From NCBI GenBank assembly GCA_951406725.2, contig OX597815.1:157418001-157482000 (forward strand): 64,000 nucleotides of DNA, read 5' to 3'. Source of the DNA: Octopus vulgaris (Eukaryota). Of this stretch, positions 1 through 11,964 are shown in pieces; position 1 is the stretch's first letter; the number at the start of each line of letters is the position of its first letter. The translations under genes were made by a program, and so were the position numbers. A model generated the notes under the pieces. It did no database searches. It worked only from the letters and a program-made list of their open reading frames with translations, and was not told the origin of the DNA.

Positions 1-1210
1 AAGCTACTGTGGAAAGAAATTATTGAAAGCTTGGATCTGCGGTTTGCCACCCGTAGTTGAGCCCGAGTGGATAGAGGACTCTATCCGCCGGGGTCTGGGT
101 GGTAGCAGTACCAAGCTGCTCAACGTAAAAATTTTGCCTGCGGCTGATTGGGAGGGGTCAAAAGCTTTGTTGACCCTATGGACCCAATCAGCCGAAAGTC
201 TGGTTTTCCCAGATTTTTTTAGGATGGCCGGATCTAGGTACCTGGTGATGCTCGAGGGACGCCCCCATCAAGTGTCACCTGTGCCTGGAGACCGGCTATA
301 TCAAGAAAAACTGCCCCAAGGACCAAAATAGGATCCTGGAACAATTAACAGAGGAACCACTCCCTGCTCCCTCAATGGAGGGAGAGAAGGAGGAGGATGT
401 CGAGGAGGTTTCCACCTCCTCGAAAAAACGAAAGCGAAAGGTAGGCAACAATGGTTGCCCACCGAAGAACCCGAGAGCTGCGGGAGAAAAGGAGGACCTG
501 CTGGACACAGCAAGGGAACACCACCCACCCGCAGCCCAAGGGAAAAAGAAAAGAAAAAAGAAAAACGGGACATTGCCGGCAGATTGTGACACGCTGCCGG
601 CGTGTCCCGATTCTCCTTTGGCGGGTGTGCTGCTGGAGGAGGAATTTTTGGTCCTCTTCCACAAGGGAGGAACCTTGCAAAATGAAATTTAAAAAATTGA
701 AAGGAAGTGCCGGTGGGAGGGGCTTCTGTCCTACACGGAGAACCGTGAGTGGCCTTCGCAGGTGGCTGCGGAGGTCATATGGGAGAACGATCTATGGAAG
801 ATAACGAACTCCTTCCCGAAGGACTCCTTCAGATTTATGTTAAAACCTTTAAGTTCGGAACGGACCAGGTGCTTCGATGAAGCGAGGAGCCTGGCCGGGC
901 GGAAAAATTGAAGAGATGTATTACCTCAAAAAGAGACTAAAAATGTAAAAAGTGACAGGATTATTACCTCGTATTTGTGTTTTATTTTTAATTTTGAACT
1001 GTGTAAGAGGTTTATTACCTCATTGTGTTTTTTAAAAAAAAAAAGAAAAAAGAACAATGTTTTAGAGAAGCGAAAGTCGGCGGGCGCTTTTCGTCTTCTC
1101 CCATCCTTATCATCCATATATCATCATCATTCATCCCATTAATGTCTCTGTCTAGCCCTCAAGCTTCTCTTTCTGTGCTGCCCTTGTGGCAAATTTAATG
1201 AAATAAAGAA
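1..1210 (+). mobile_element. ORF1-only (gag-like) non-LTR retroelement remnant, running off the left edge of the window
   Basis: GC-rich decayed ORF with a zinc knuckle, then an AT-rich 3' region and an end GCCCTTGTGGCAAA..AATAAAGAA that resembles the family B SINE tail. No ORF2 follows. Confidence 0.6.
23..911 (+). pseudogene. LINE ORF1/gag-like protein with a CCHC-type zinc knuckle, frameshifted
   Basis: Removing one C from the CCCCC run (262-266) joins ...YLVMLEGRP to IKCHLCLETGYIKKNCPK (C-X2-C-X4-[H>Y]-X4-C, 273-314). That frame continues into ORF 375-692 and, past one TAA, to TGA at 909-911. Confidence 0.7.
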
Positions 1211-1313
1211 GCTTGCTTCCCAACCACATGGTTTCGGGTTCAGTCCCACTGGGCCGACCAAAGCCTTGTGAGTGAATTTGGTAGACGGAAATTGAAAGAA
1301 GCCCGTTGTGTTT

Positions 1314-1352
<39 letters not shown>

Positions 1353-1628
1353 TGTGTGTATGTTTGTGTGTGTGTTCGTGTGTGTGTGCGCGCGTGTGTG
1401 TGCGTGTGTGTATGTGTGTGTGCGTGTGTGTGTGTGCGTGTGTGTGTGTTTGTTTGTTTGATCCCCACCACAGTTTGACAACCGGTGCAGGTGTGTTTAC
1501 GACGCCGTATCTTATCGGTTCGGCAATAAGTCCTTGGGTCGATCAGTTTGACTAAAACCCTTCAAGGTGGTGCCCAAGCATGGCCGCAGTCAAGTGATTG
1601 AAAAACTAAAAGACAAAAGATGAAAGAT
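1205..1628 (+). mobile_element. tRNA-derived SINE family A, 5'-clipped and internally deleted, with internal (GT)n
   Basis: Matches the full copies at 22575 and 52971 (CAACCACATGGTTTCGGGTTCAGTCCCACTG ... GCATGGCCGCAGTCAA ... AAAAGA tail). Confidence 0.9.
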
Positions 1629-1799
1629 ACCGTCACATACCTGCACGCCCATCCACACGGATACACCCATGTATGCATATTGTGCGGGTGGTAACATTAG
1701 CGTTATGGTTCTTCTACCTACCATGTATATTTTCTATTCAGTATTGGTAATGGGTCGTTTTTGAGAAGAGACTCGCGTATCGAAATGACGAGTCTCTCG

Positions 1800-2600
1800 G
1801 GTGTTTAGAAAAATGTCAATGCATATTCGGCTCAGCATGCCACCATTTTAATCTCTGACTTGCTAATGGATTATCTACGACTGTCACCTGTCATTATACT
1901 CCTGCCAGTGATCATATAGTCTCTCCGCTAGACTCCTAGAAGTCTACCTCAATGTATGATGTATTCCGGTTCTTACAATCACTCTCCATGCACCTTATGC
2001 TGTAAACCGCATTCCCTATTGTGGGAATGAGGTGAACTGGAAGTATAGGGTCAGTGATGTCAACTGCTGAGGGGCCCTACCGGAAGGATGCAGTGAGGGA
2101 GATCACGTGAGTGGAAGTGATACCAGCGGGAACCTTTTTGCTTCGGGGAGGTTGTGGTGTACGGACGTGTGTGGACGTATGATGTTGAGGGAATTAGTCG
2201 TTAGGCTCTGATCGTAGATTTTGAGGGGAGTGCGCCTTCGGATGTAACCCAGCTGGAAAGTCTACACTGCAAGGGAAATTGAGAGGTAGATGAATCGCAC
2301 TTCGTCCCTCATACTACAATTTTACCCCGGTCTAAAGTTTATAGAATTTTATAAAGGTCCATACAACACTTCCTTTCAATATATACGGTTTTGTCGATGG
2401 GGTACATTCTACATAACTGTGACTTGATGGACCTCCCTAAACCTAAGAGCTCTACAAACATCACCCCTGGAAATTTGTCACGTACCACATGTTTGTTCCG
2501 TTGGTTTTATCACAAATTCTCTATTCTGTTCCATTGCCTGCCCCGGTATCTAGTGCGAGTTACACTGGCATCCTTATGTTATTATCATAAGGTAGGGTTA
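1800..2600 (-). mobile_element. Decayed Penelope-like element, GIY-YIG endonuclease region
   Basis: Minus strand 2010-1895 reads AVYSIRCMESDCKNRNTSYI-(frameshift)-TSRSLAERLYDHWQEY, the VY..C..C..YIG.T.R.L..R..H pattern. Upstream it reads YRGRQWNRIE..FPGVMFVE. Confidence 0.6.
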
Positions 2601-2639
2601 GAATAACAGCAGGATGTATTAAAATCTATACAAATAAGT

Positions 2640-3405
2640 ACACATATACGCACACAAACGCACACATGCACACGAGTGCGCATACACACACACACACTCA
2701 TACACACACAAACACACATAAACACACACAAATACTGTAGGATAGAAGAGAACCCATACAAATAAATATATATAGCTAAAAACAATTCCTAAACATAACC
2801 ATACCCAACCACACGCACGCGCAGACGGGCACGCACATGCACACTCGTAAACACACACCCACGCCCAGGAACGTAAAAACACACCACAAACACACACATA
2901 AACACACACATATACACACACATATACTCACATATACACACACATACACACGTACATACACAGATATATGCACAGGTAAATATATGCACGCATGCACACA
3001 CACACACACATTCACACATGTACGCAGACGCACATACACACAAGAGCACACACACTCACTCACAGAACCGACTCAACCACACAAACACGCGCACAGCGCC
3101 ACACACTCGCTCGTGCACACATACCTACACAAACACATACAAGCGCGTACGCAGATGCTCATACACGCATACACCTACCCTGTTCTCTCTTCCCTGCTCC
3201 CTCCCACATATATTACTACCCCCATTAATCTTCGCGGAATGACAAGCGAATTCCAGAAGATCTGATACCGAACAACAAAATGCCGAACCCGTAAAGAGGT
3301 CACGGATGGCTAATGCACACACACTCAGTGAACACACAAACACACATACAAGCGATCGCGCGGGTTTACACACACAACCACACACTCACGAATGCGCACG
3401 CTCAA

Positions 3406-3460
<55 letters not shown>

Positions 3461-3470
3461 TACGTATGTA
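2640..3470. repeat. Degenerate (CA)n/(CACG)n microsatellite tract
   Basis: Directly visible. Confidence 0.95.
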
Positions 3471-3789
3471 CGTACGTACAAGCTCTTCGTTTACTCTCAC
3501 TCTTACCTGCTCTTCTAAGGAAGCACTCATCTACATTCACACAAGAATAATACTAATTCTTGGACAGACTCGGATCAGGCCTCGAGTAGAGAGAGAAAGT
3601 CACTGAGAATGTCGCGAAGGGCGACGACAGGTCTTTGACTAACAAACAACTGATTGATTATTTAACCAGCACATTCAACGAAAGACCGATCAGTTAGTTG
3701 ATTAGACATTTAACCAATTGACTCACAATAAAAAAGTGGTATTGAACCAGTGCGTGTGTTATTATTATTGGCACAATGATCTTCCCAAG

Positions 3790-4673
3790 ACAACGAAATT
3801 GTTAGAATGGATCACAAAAGTACAGCTCCCAAAATTACTGCAGAGCTTAATGACCACCTCGAGAACCCAGTTTCCACAAAAACTGTTCGCCGAGAGCTGC
3901 GCAATGCCGGATTTCACGGGAGGGCTGCAATCAGAAAACCACTACTTTCAAAAACAAATGTTGCAAAGCGTTTAGAGTGGAGTAAAAACCTACAGAATTG
4001 GTCCCTAGAGCAGTAGAAGAATATTATTTTCTCGGACGAGTCATTCTTTACTTTATTTCCGAAACCGACTGAGTATACATGTGGAGACAGCCAAAAGAAG
4101 CATTTGACCCAGACTGCCTTATTCCAACTGTTAAACATGGAGGAAGATCTGTGATGATCTGGGAGGGGGGGGCTATATCTTGGAAATCCGCTGGCCCAAT
4201 GGCTTCCCTTCATGGCAGAATTGATAGTCAAGACTATTTAAGCATTTTATCTGTTCAAATGCATCCTATGGTTGCGGAACTGTTTCCGGAGGGAAACGCA
4301 GTCTTTCAGAATGATAATGCACCAATTCACACGGCTAAAGTTGTTACTGAATGGCACGGGGAAAATTCTAGTGAAGTTGAACATGTTATCTGGCCACCAC
4401 AATCCCCAGATCTCAATATTATTGAACATTTATGGTGCATTTTAGAAAAAACATGTAAGGAGTCGATATCCTCCTCTATAATCACTACAAGAACTGGAGA
4501 CTATTTTAGCTGAAGAATGGACAAAAATTCCTTTAGAAACAATTCAAACTTTGTATGAGTCCATACCTCGTAGAATTCAAGCTGTAATTACTGCCAAAAG
4601 CGGTCCTACCCCATATCTAAATAAATTTGTTTGAAATTTTAAGATGCTTCCATTAGTTTGTCCAAACCCGGTA
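3790..4673 (+). mobile_element. Tc1-family DNA transposon with DD36E spacing, 5'-truncated transposase pseudogene
   Basis: HTH (VSTKTVRRELR), IFSDES, TVKHGG.SVMIW and FQNDNAPIH...WPPQSPDLNIIE are present, with a stop and frameshifts. The 3' end reads CCATTAGTTTGTCCAAACCCGG-TA (TIR-like). No matching 5' TIR was found. Confidence 0.92.
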
Positions 4674-4939
4674 TAACCTACTCACAGGAATTTTTTTATT
4701 ATTCTCTAGTTGTCAGTGGTAAGCCATCTTTACAGTTTATATTATTCTTTGATTATTATACTTATATCTAACCTTAGTCATGTCTTCCTAGAGAGATACA
4801 GGTGTCAGTGATGATATAAATATTAATCCATAATGATATACATCGTTATTTTATATTATTTAATTATTATTTATTATTTATTTTCGTGGGTTCAGTCAGA
4901 GAACTGCAACTTCGAGTTCTTTGTTATTTTTTTTTTCCT

Positions 4940-5320
4940 TTCGGCGGGGTGGTTAGCCCTAGTGTGCGGCACCTTGGACAAGTATCTTCTGCCATGGCCC
5001 CAATCGACCAATGCCTTGTAAAGGAATGTGGTAGATGGAAATTATGTGGAAGACCGTCATAAATATATATACATGCATGTATTTATGTGTGTGTGTTTAT
5101 ATATATATGAACGTGTGCGTGTCTTTCTGTTTGTGCTTTTCACCCACAACCGTTTGAAAACCGATGCTGGTTTATTTTCATCCCCATAACTTAATGATTC
5201 GACAAAAGGAGACGACAGAATAATATGTAAAATCAAATAAAATAATCAATTTATTAGGCTAAACTCTTCGAGGTGATGCTCTAGAATGGCCGCAATCCGA
5301 TGACTGAAGCAAGCAAAAGA
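4940..5320 (+). mobile_element. Old, diverged SINE family A copy (more fragments at about 5500-5720)
   Basis: GGCACCTTGGACAAGTATCTT..GACCAATGCCTTGT..GGTAGATGGAA..ATGGCCGCAATC..TGACTGAAGCAAG. Confidence 0.8.
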
Positions 5321-7033
5321 AGTAAATGTATTATGTCGATTCCAGTACTTATTTCAGTCTGATATCCATTTTATCAGTCTATTGGCTTGGATTTATTGAC
5401 TGACCAGTTGGCTAAGTAATCAGTTTGACTGAACACTGGTCTTGCTTTATAACTTTATAAGACAGATAGAGATGCCGGTGGTAATGTCAGATGCAGCTAT
5501 CGAGTGTCTTCTACCGTAGCTTTGAGTCGATCCGTCTGTGCTGTATGAGTAAGGGGTTTTATGATGGAGTTCACTTCACGTTGTGTGGTCTAAATTCGAA
5601 CATGCCGTGGGGTATTTTAGTCAAGTGTCCTCTACCATAGCTTTAGTTTAACCAATAACTGTTGAGTGGACTTTGGTAGAGGGAAAGAGTGCAGACGGCC
5701 GTGTGTGTGTGTGTGTGTGTGTGGTGTTTGCCGATCTATATTGTTATAGGATGTAAATATCGATTGCCATTGATTATCAGAAAATAACAATGCTATTGTT
5801 CACAAATTGCGATATCAAATTAAACAAAAAAAGAAACCTTTGATGAAATTTTTGTGGAAGCTTGTCGGTGGGGCCGTTCTTGTTGGCACGAAGTAGGTTT
5901 ATTCTGTCGCCGGGTATAACATTACTGCCTACTCAGTCGGTGCTTTTTGTAATGATCCTGTCCTAAAATAAATGCCATTTATTCAGGCATAGCGATCTAG
6001 GAATATGTAGTCATATGCATTATTCCTAGGCTGAAATTTCTAGCAGGTCGAGCGACTGTGTGGTCTATTTCGTTAGTAAGAGAAAGCCAGTTCTCATCAC
6101 AATGTCGCGTCAGTGATAGGATACGAACAAGAGATCCTTCGATCAGGAGGCCTACATATTACTATTTAGACCAGCTGAGGTTTTTCACCGGTAATGATCT
6201 CAGGTTCGCTCCTTTGATTATATTTTTCTTCATCAAAAATTGTTAAGGTTACCAGTTACAATAAAACAAAATATTTATACTGTCTATTAGCAGTTGTTTA
6301 AAGAAATTATCAGTAGTCTAGATCTATTTGTGCCCATGATTATCTCCAATCCTTGAAACTAGCTTGATCATTAAGTATATTAACTATACTCATTTAAGCG
6401 GGTGAATATACAGGGCTTTATTCGTTCGCTTCACGTCTTTGCTATTCTTCCCTCGCTACTCCAACACAAATCATCGAATAAATTACAAGGTGTCTATTGA
6501 AAGATCACACATGAATACAGGGTGTGTTTCGAAAAATTCTAATGTTTGAAGAGAAGTGAAAACAATGATGTCTTGTTGATAAGGTTCTAAATTGGTGCAG
6601 ACGTGCCAGTAGATTAGCAACACACACGCATACAGTTTCGATTACTGTGCTCAGAGAGCAAAGAATAGATATTTGTGTCTGGTTAAAATTATATTATTCG
6701 TGTAAAACAACCCTACTATTAAGAACACCGTAGCTATGTGGTGCTTGCATTGTTGCTTAGACGTTGAAAGCATACTTTATCTATACAAAACTGAAAGAAT
6801 ATTTAAACCATTGTGCTCTTCATATCTTTTGTAAGCCATTTTACCTATTTGTACAGGTAGGCCATTCATTCTGTTGATGAGATAGCATGACATATTTTTC
6901 TATTCATGTTTAAAACTCGTCAGACTAGTGGAGTTTACATATTTCCTATTCAATTTGCAGATGTTTTTAATTACTTAATAAAAGTAGATGAGGCAAAACC
7001 CAACGTATGTTCAAAGTCTTAATTGAGAGACGC

Positions 7034-7281
7034 TCATATACTTAATGATCGGGTTAGATGCAAAGAGTGGGAATAATCAAGAGCAGGAAGGAAGTTCCAG
7101 TGCGATAAAATTGTGTGAAAAAAAGGTTTCAGACAAAAATGTGTTTTGTAAGATATCTGCTGAATAGTCAGTAGTGGCTGATGTACGCAAGAGAAGTAAG
7201 TAAATCTAGTGAGGTTAAGTAGAGGTTGTGCGCAGTGTACGTGCATAAATGTATAGGAAAAATGGGATCGCGATTTTGTTG

Positions 7282-7285
<4 letters not shown>
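7034..7285 (-). mobile_element. Probable LINE ORF2 C-terminal fragment
   Basis: Reads PFFHTILSHWNFLP, similar to the F..R...WNxLP C-terminal motif of CR1/L2/Jockey-type LINEs. Short and diverged. Confidence 0.4.
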
Positions 7286-7355
<70 letters not shown>

Positions 7356-7534
7356 TAGTTGAATGAATTATCTTATTAAGGATAATTCGAAAGATAACCG
7401 ATACCTGGGTAGCAAATTCACATCAGAAAGAACACGGTTGAAGCTACGTCCCTAGGGCATAGACTACGTGTCTACGTGCGGAAATTTGTATGTTTTTTTT
7501 AATATACTTATAATTTCATATACTTTCATATACT

Positions 7535-7571
<37 letters not shown>

Positions 7572-7577
<6 letters not shown>

Positions 7578-7898
7578 TAAAGTTAATATTTAACATTATA
7601 GTCGATTTCGATATAATCATATTTAATAATAGAGTTTATTATAAGTAAATTATTATATTATATATATTATTTATATCTTAAAAATATTGATTATATTTTA
7701 GATATTTAAACCACCTGATGAATGACTGCAACTCAAAAATTTGAAAACAGCAGGCATGAAACCGATCGTAGTGTGATATTAATTATATTTTTTAATAATT
7801 TTGTTACATATTTAAATAATATAAATTAATCATATGTATTGGCTTAAGTCTTTCATTGTTTGATTTGCCTAATAGTGGTTTTGTCTCTAATTTAATAT

Positions 7899-7905
<7 letters not shown>
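7572..7905 (+). mobile_element. PLE pseudo-LTR fragment bounded by (TA)n; same family as 50432-50810
   Basis: Shares TTGGCTTAAG..TTGATTTGCCTAATAGTGGTTTT with the reverse complement of 50432-50520 and contains an HHR. Confidence 0.75.
7711..7773 (+). ncRNA. Type I hammerhead ribozyme motif
   Basis: cac-CTGATGA-atgactgc...gcaggcat-GAAA-ccgatcg-TA-gtg: short stem I, 8-bp stem II with one mismatch, near-palindromic stem III. Confidence 0.75.
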
Positions 7906-7947
<42 letters not shown>

Positions 7948-8045
7948 TACATAAATATACATATATATATATGTATATACATACATATATATATATATAC
8001 ACGTATATATACACATACATGTATGTATGTATGTATGTATGTATG

Positions 8046-8076
<31 letters not shown>

Positions 8077-8100
8077 GTATATATACATACATATATATAT

Positions 8101-8444
8101 ATGGACCACGTGTCATCCGTCCACAACAAAAATCTAAATCGCATCACATAACGATAATACGGCACAATTATTTCACCTCAATTGGACCCGCTCTCTTCAA
8201 CATTACACCAGGACACGTCAAAACAGAAACTGACCACACAAAATTCAAGAAGTCTTTGGACAAATTCCTTCAAATAGTCCCGGACAAACCACCCACACCC
8301 GGATATGTCTCCGCAAACAATAACTCTCAGCTCGAATGGGTCTCGGTGCCCAAATCCTGAATTGAAAGACTTCGCCAGGTGGTGCTATTAAGTTAGACAT
8401 GCCCTGGGCCAATACTGGCCAAAACCTTTCTAAGTTATTCTAAG

Positions 8445-8448
<4 letters not shown>
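8101..8448 (+). mobile_element. CR1-like LINE 3' end with tandem tail
   Basis: [44 protein letters not shown], then a 3' UTR and (CTAAGTTAT)2. A similar tail lies at about 51205-51280. Confidence 0.75.
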
Positions 8449-8478
<30 letters not shown>

Positions 8479-8739
8479 GTGTGTGTTTGTGTATGTATGC
8501 ATGCATGTACGTGTGTATAAGTGTGTGTATGTGCAGAATTGTATGTTTTATGTATGTATTGTCATGCATATAGTTGCATATCTAGCCATGCTCATATATA
8601 TTTAAATGATAAACTTCTGGAAAGTTTTACAGATTTTTACAGTTCCGGTGATGGATTGGGGTCTGTAATCTTCGGATTAGCTTTCTCCTTTCTGGTTTTG
8701 AGAAGCCTAATTTCTAAAGACTGGTAGAATCATTCTATA

Positions 8740-9010
8740 TCATTGTTTATATGAAAATTATGTGTGCTTGTTAGTATTTTTCGGGTTTTCACATCAATGG
8801 CTCAGAACTTATCAAGCGTCCAATCAAGCAGCCCAAATGTTGGTATAAGTACTGGCACTGCAAACACATTGTAGGCCACTATTTTATTGAATGCAGAGAG
8901 TTCTCAGGTCAAAATTTTCTTTATTCAGCTGTAATATTCTTTAGTGGCACGGGTTTCGTTACAGATGCCACTGTAAGATATAACAACATTTATGCTGACC
9001 AAATCTAGCC
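8740..9010 (-). mobile_element. R4/Dong-like (RLE-type) LINE fragment, RT thumb region
   Basis: Reads FNKIVAYNVFAVPVLIPTFGLLDWT..IDVKTRKILT. The adjacent 8530-8627 recurs at 37041-37141. Confidence 0.65.
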
Positions 9011-9102
9011 ACATTGTATGTATGTATGTATGTATGTATGTATGTATGTATGTATGTATGTATGTATGTATGTATGTATGCATGCATTATGTATTATATG
9101 TA

Positions 9103-9412
9103 GGCGCATAACTCAGTGGTTAGAGCGTCGGGCTTAAAATCGTGAGATTGTGAGTTCGATTCCCGGGACCGGGTTGTGCGTTTAGTTCTTCTACAAGACA
9201 CTATATTTCACGTTGCTCCAGTTCACTCAGCTGTAGAAATGAGTTGCGATATCACTGGTGCCAAGATGTGTCGGCCTTGCCTTTCCCTTGGATAACATCG
9301 GTGGCGTGGAGAGAGGAGGCTGGTATGCACGGGTAACTGCTGGTCTTCCATAAAATAACCTTGTCCCTGCTGCCCTTGCGGTCACTGGGGGGGGGCCTCC
9401 GTGGAGAACTGG
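9103..9412 (+). mobile_element. tRNA-derived SINE family C (CORE-like centre)
   Basis: A box-like TAACTCAGTGG, B box GAGTTCGATTCC, then CAAGACACTATATTTCACGTTGCTCCAGTTCACTCAGCTGTAGAAATGAG resembling the CORE domain. Related to 47053 and 27040. Confidence 0.8.
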
Positions 9413-9713
9413 AATTACTATAATGTAAAACTTAAAATTCGATGTTACACGCAACTTATGGAAAAGAAACAGTATGGTTTCTAAATAATGAAAGGTCTTC
9501 ATAGAAACGCATGCCCGATGAAAACTCCTATTACGTTGATATAAGTCATTCATTCGGTCCTTTAGGTAATATACACTGTAGGATATCTTTCAATTTATAC
9601 GATAAACTTTATAAATTTTAAAGTTCAATATTCCCGTGACATAAGTTAGAGATATTGACAGGAGTTAGTAAAATAATTGTTCATGGAATGAACCTAATAA
9701 AATTAGCTAGAGT

Positions 9714-10050
9714 ACACTCGATATTTCATATTTAAATCTGATGTGACAATTTCTACTTGGATAGGGATTAGTAAATATAGCTTGATAAACGTCTAGTACA
9801 TATTTCGGATAACTTTGGAACAAGTCGCCTTATTAACACTTGATATTTCACATATAAATCCGATGTGAGTATTTATATTTGGATATGGATTGAAAAATAT
9901 TATATGCTGATAACTTACATTACCTATTTTTAATATTCTTGAAGCAACTCGACTTATTAACACTGGATATTTCTATTTTAAATCAGATGTGAGTAATTAT
10001 ACTTGGATAGAGATTTTAAAATATTGTATACTGATAACTAACATTGCATA
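9714..10050. repeat. Diverged tandem repeat, unit about 122-124 bp, about 2.7 copies
   Basis: ACACTnGATATTTC..AAATCnGATGTGA..TTGGATA recurs at about 9714, 9836 and 9960. Confidence 0.85.
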
Positions 10051-10869
10051 CTAGCCGGCAAGGGGGCGGGCGACGTCTCCCCTCTCATAGGTGGGTGCAG
10101 CCTCCTTCTATACCTTTCCCTATGCCCTTCTCAATTATCCCACAGGGTAAAAGGGAAGGATGGTTTCAGAAACCTCTCTCCTTCCCCCTCTCCCGAGCAT
10201 CCCCCTTAACCTTCCTATTACTCTACCTCAATAAATTTCCAAAGGTCGTACCTGTACATATTAGAGATTGGAAAGGGTTGGAGGCGATGTCGTGTACCCT
10301 ACACGAGCCAAGCTAACATTGCCCACAAAAGGCCAAGTCAGCGCTCTCCATCTTTCCATCTAAATCTACACATTTTAATCCGCATTTGACTCACCTGTTA
10401 CTGGTAGAGAAATATTCATGAAGAAAATATTCCTGATATTTAATTAATCAACAAATAATATCTCACCAGTCGGAAGTTCAATAGTAACCGGACCATGCTA
10501 AGAACACTCCTCGGTACATTACCTTGCTTATGGTCTATATTGTTTTAATTTGGTCCATTAATTTGATCACGAGAGGGAGAATGCGCACACACATATACAC
10601 ACACACATACATACATACATACATACATACATACATACATACATACATACATACATACATACATACATACATACATACATACATACATAAGGCCGAGAAT
10701 TTTATTAGTATAGATTTTGGATATTCTTCGAACAACTCGACATATGTAAGCGAGAGGAACTGTATTCGATTTGTTTAACTGAAAACCTTCAAGATGGTGT
10801 TCCAACATGTCCGCAGTCAAATGACTGAAACAAGTAAAAGAATAAAAGAATATATAAAACCGTACAATT

Positions 10870-11152
10870 TTAGTGGTTAGGGCTGCGGACTCGCGGTCGT
10901 AGAATCACGGTTTCGATTCCCAGACCGGGTGTTGTGAGTGTTTATTGAGCGAAAACACCTAAAGCTCTACGTGGCTCCGGCAGCGGGTGGCGCAACTTTC
11001 TCTCAACTTTCGCCGCAACTTTCTCTCACTCTTTCTTCTGTTGGCCTGCTCGCTTAGCCAGCGAGCTGGCGTCATTTGAAGGCTAAAGCAATGCGAAGCG
11101 CATTGTGACCAGCAATGTATAGCAACATCTGAAAGCCTGATCGGTCACGTGA
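10870..11152 (+). mobile_element. tRNA-derived SINE related to family C, with a different body
   Basis: TTAGTGGTTAGGG..GGTTTCGATTCCCAGACCGGG..TTGAGCGAAAACAC head. Confidence 0.65.
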
Positions 11153-11964
11153 TTACTTGATATATATGCATGTATATGTACCTTCAATTAACTAAAATTG
11201 TAGGGGTCTTTTCTTCCCTTCATTTTAACGCAAGTATTTTGGTTTCAACGCCCGATTGTAAAACCAAATCAGTTTTCAAACAAACCAATTGAAGAATACA
11301 TATTTATAGTTATGCCGGATGCTAGCACAGTTGGAAGAAACTTTCAAATCAGAAATAAAAATTTTTTACCTACTCCTACTATTTGTAAGATTTACATTTA
11401 TTGTAGCAGTAAACTATTTGCGTAGGAACCTAATCTCTCATATTATTCATAGATTTTTCCATACTGTGCTCTTAATGCTATCGTGTTATCATGTTATATC
11501 CGTTATCATAAGTTTCCCATGATACAATCATGTTATTGCTAAAACGGTCACACTTTCTGCCTTATTTAAGTTCCTTTGCAGTGCTTGAAGTTCAGTCATT
11601 TATAAAGATAAATGTGTCGAGAAAACAGGAAATTAAAACGTCGTATTGCTAGCATTTAAACTAACACAAATAGTGAAAAATAATCTGAATGTTATCTGCG
11701 TAAATCGTTAATAACTAAGATAATATATAGTATAACTGAAATCTTATCTTCAATAAACCTATCGTTATAATGAGGAAGAGAAGTCAGCTTTGACGAGGTT
11801 GAAATGAAACTTCACCGATTCTTGAAAAATACTCTCTTGGTAACGGCTGGAGATATATGATGAGGCACGCGTTAGTTTCTCAGTGAAGTTGACATACTTT
11901 ACACACTATTCCCATACAAATTAATACGCGAATACTGTCTCAGAATGATAAGTACCTAAGACTT

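Noticed and set aside
1770-1799. Hairpin GAGACTCG..CGAGTCTC as a ribozyme or SECIS
   Set aside because: No hammerhead core or SECIS quartet in register on either strand.
9103-9175. tRNA genes at SINE heads (also 22575, 47053, 54687)
   Set aside because: A and B boxes are present but there is no full cloverleaf, and each continues into a SINE body.
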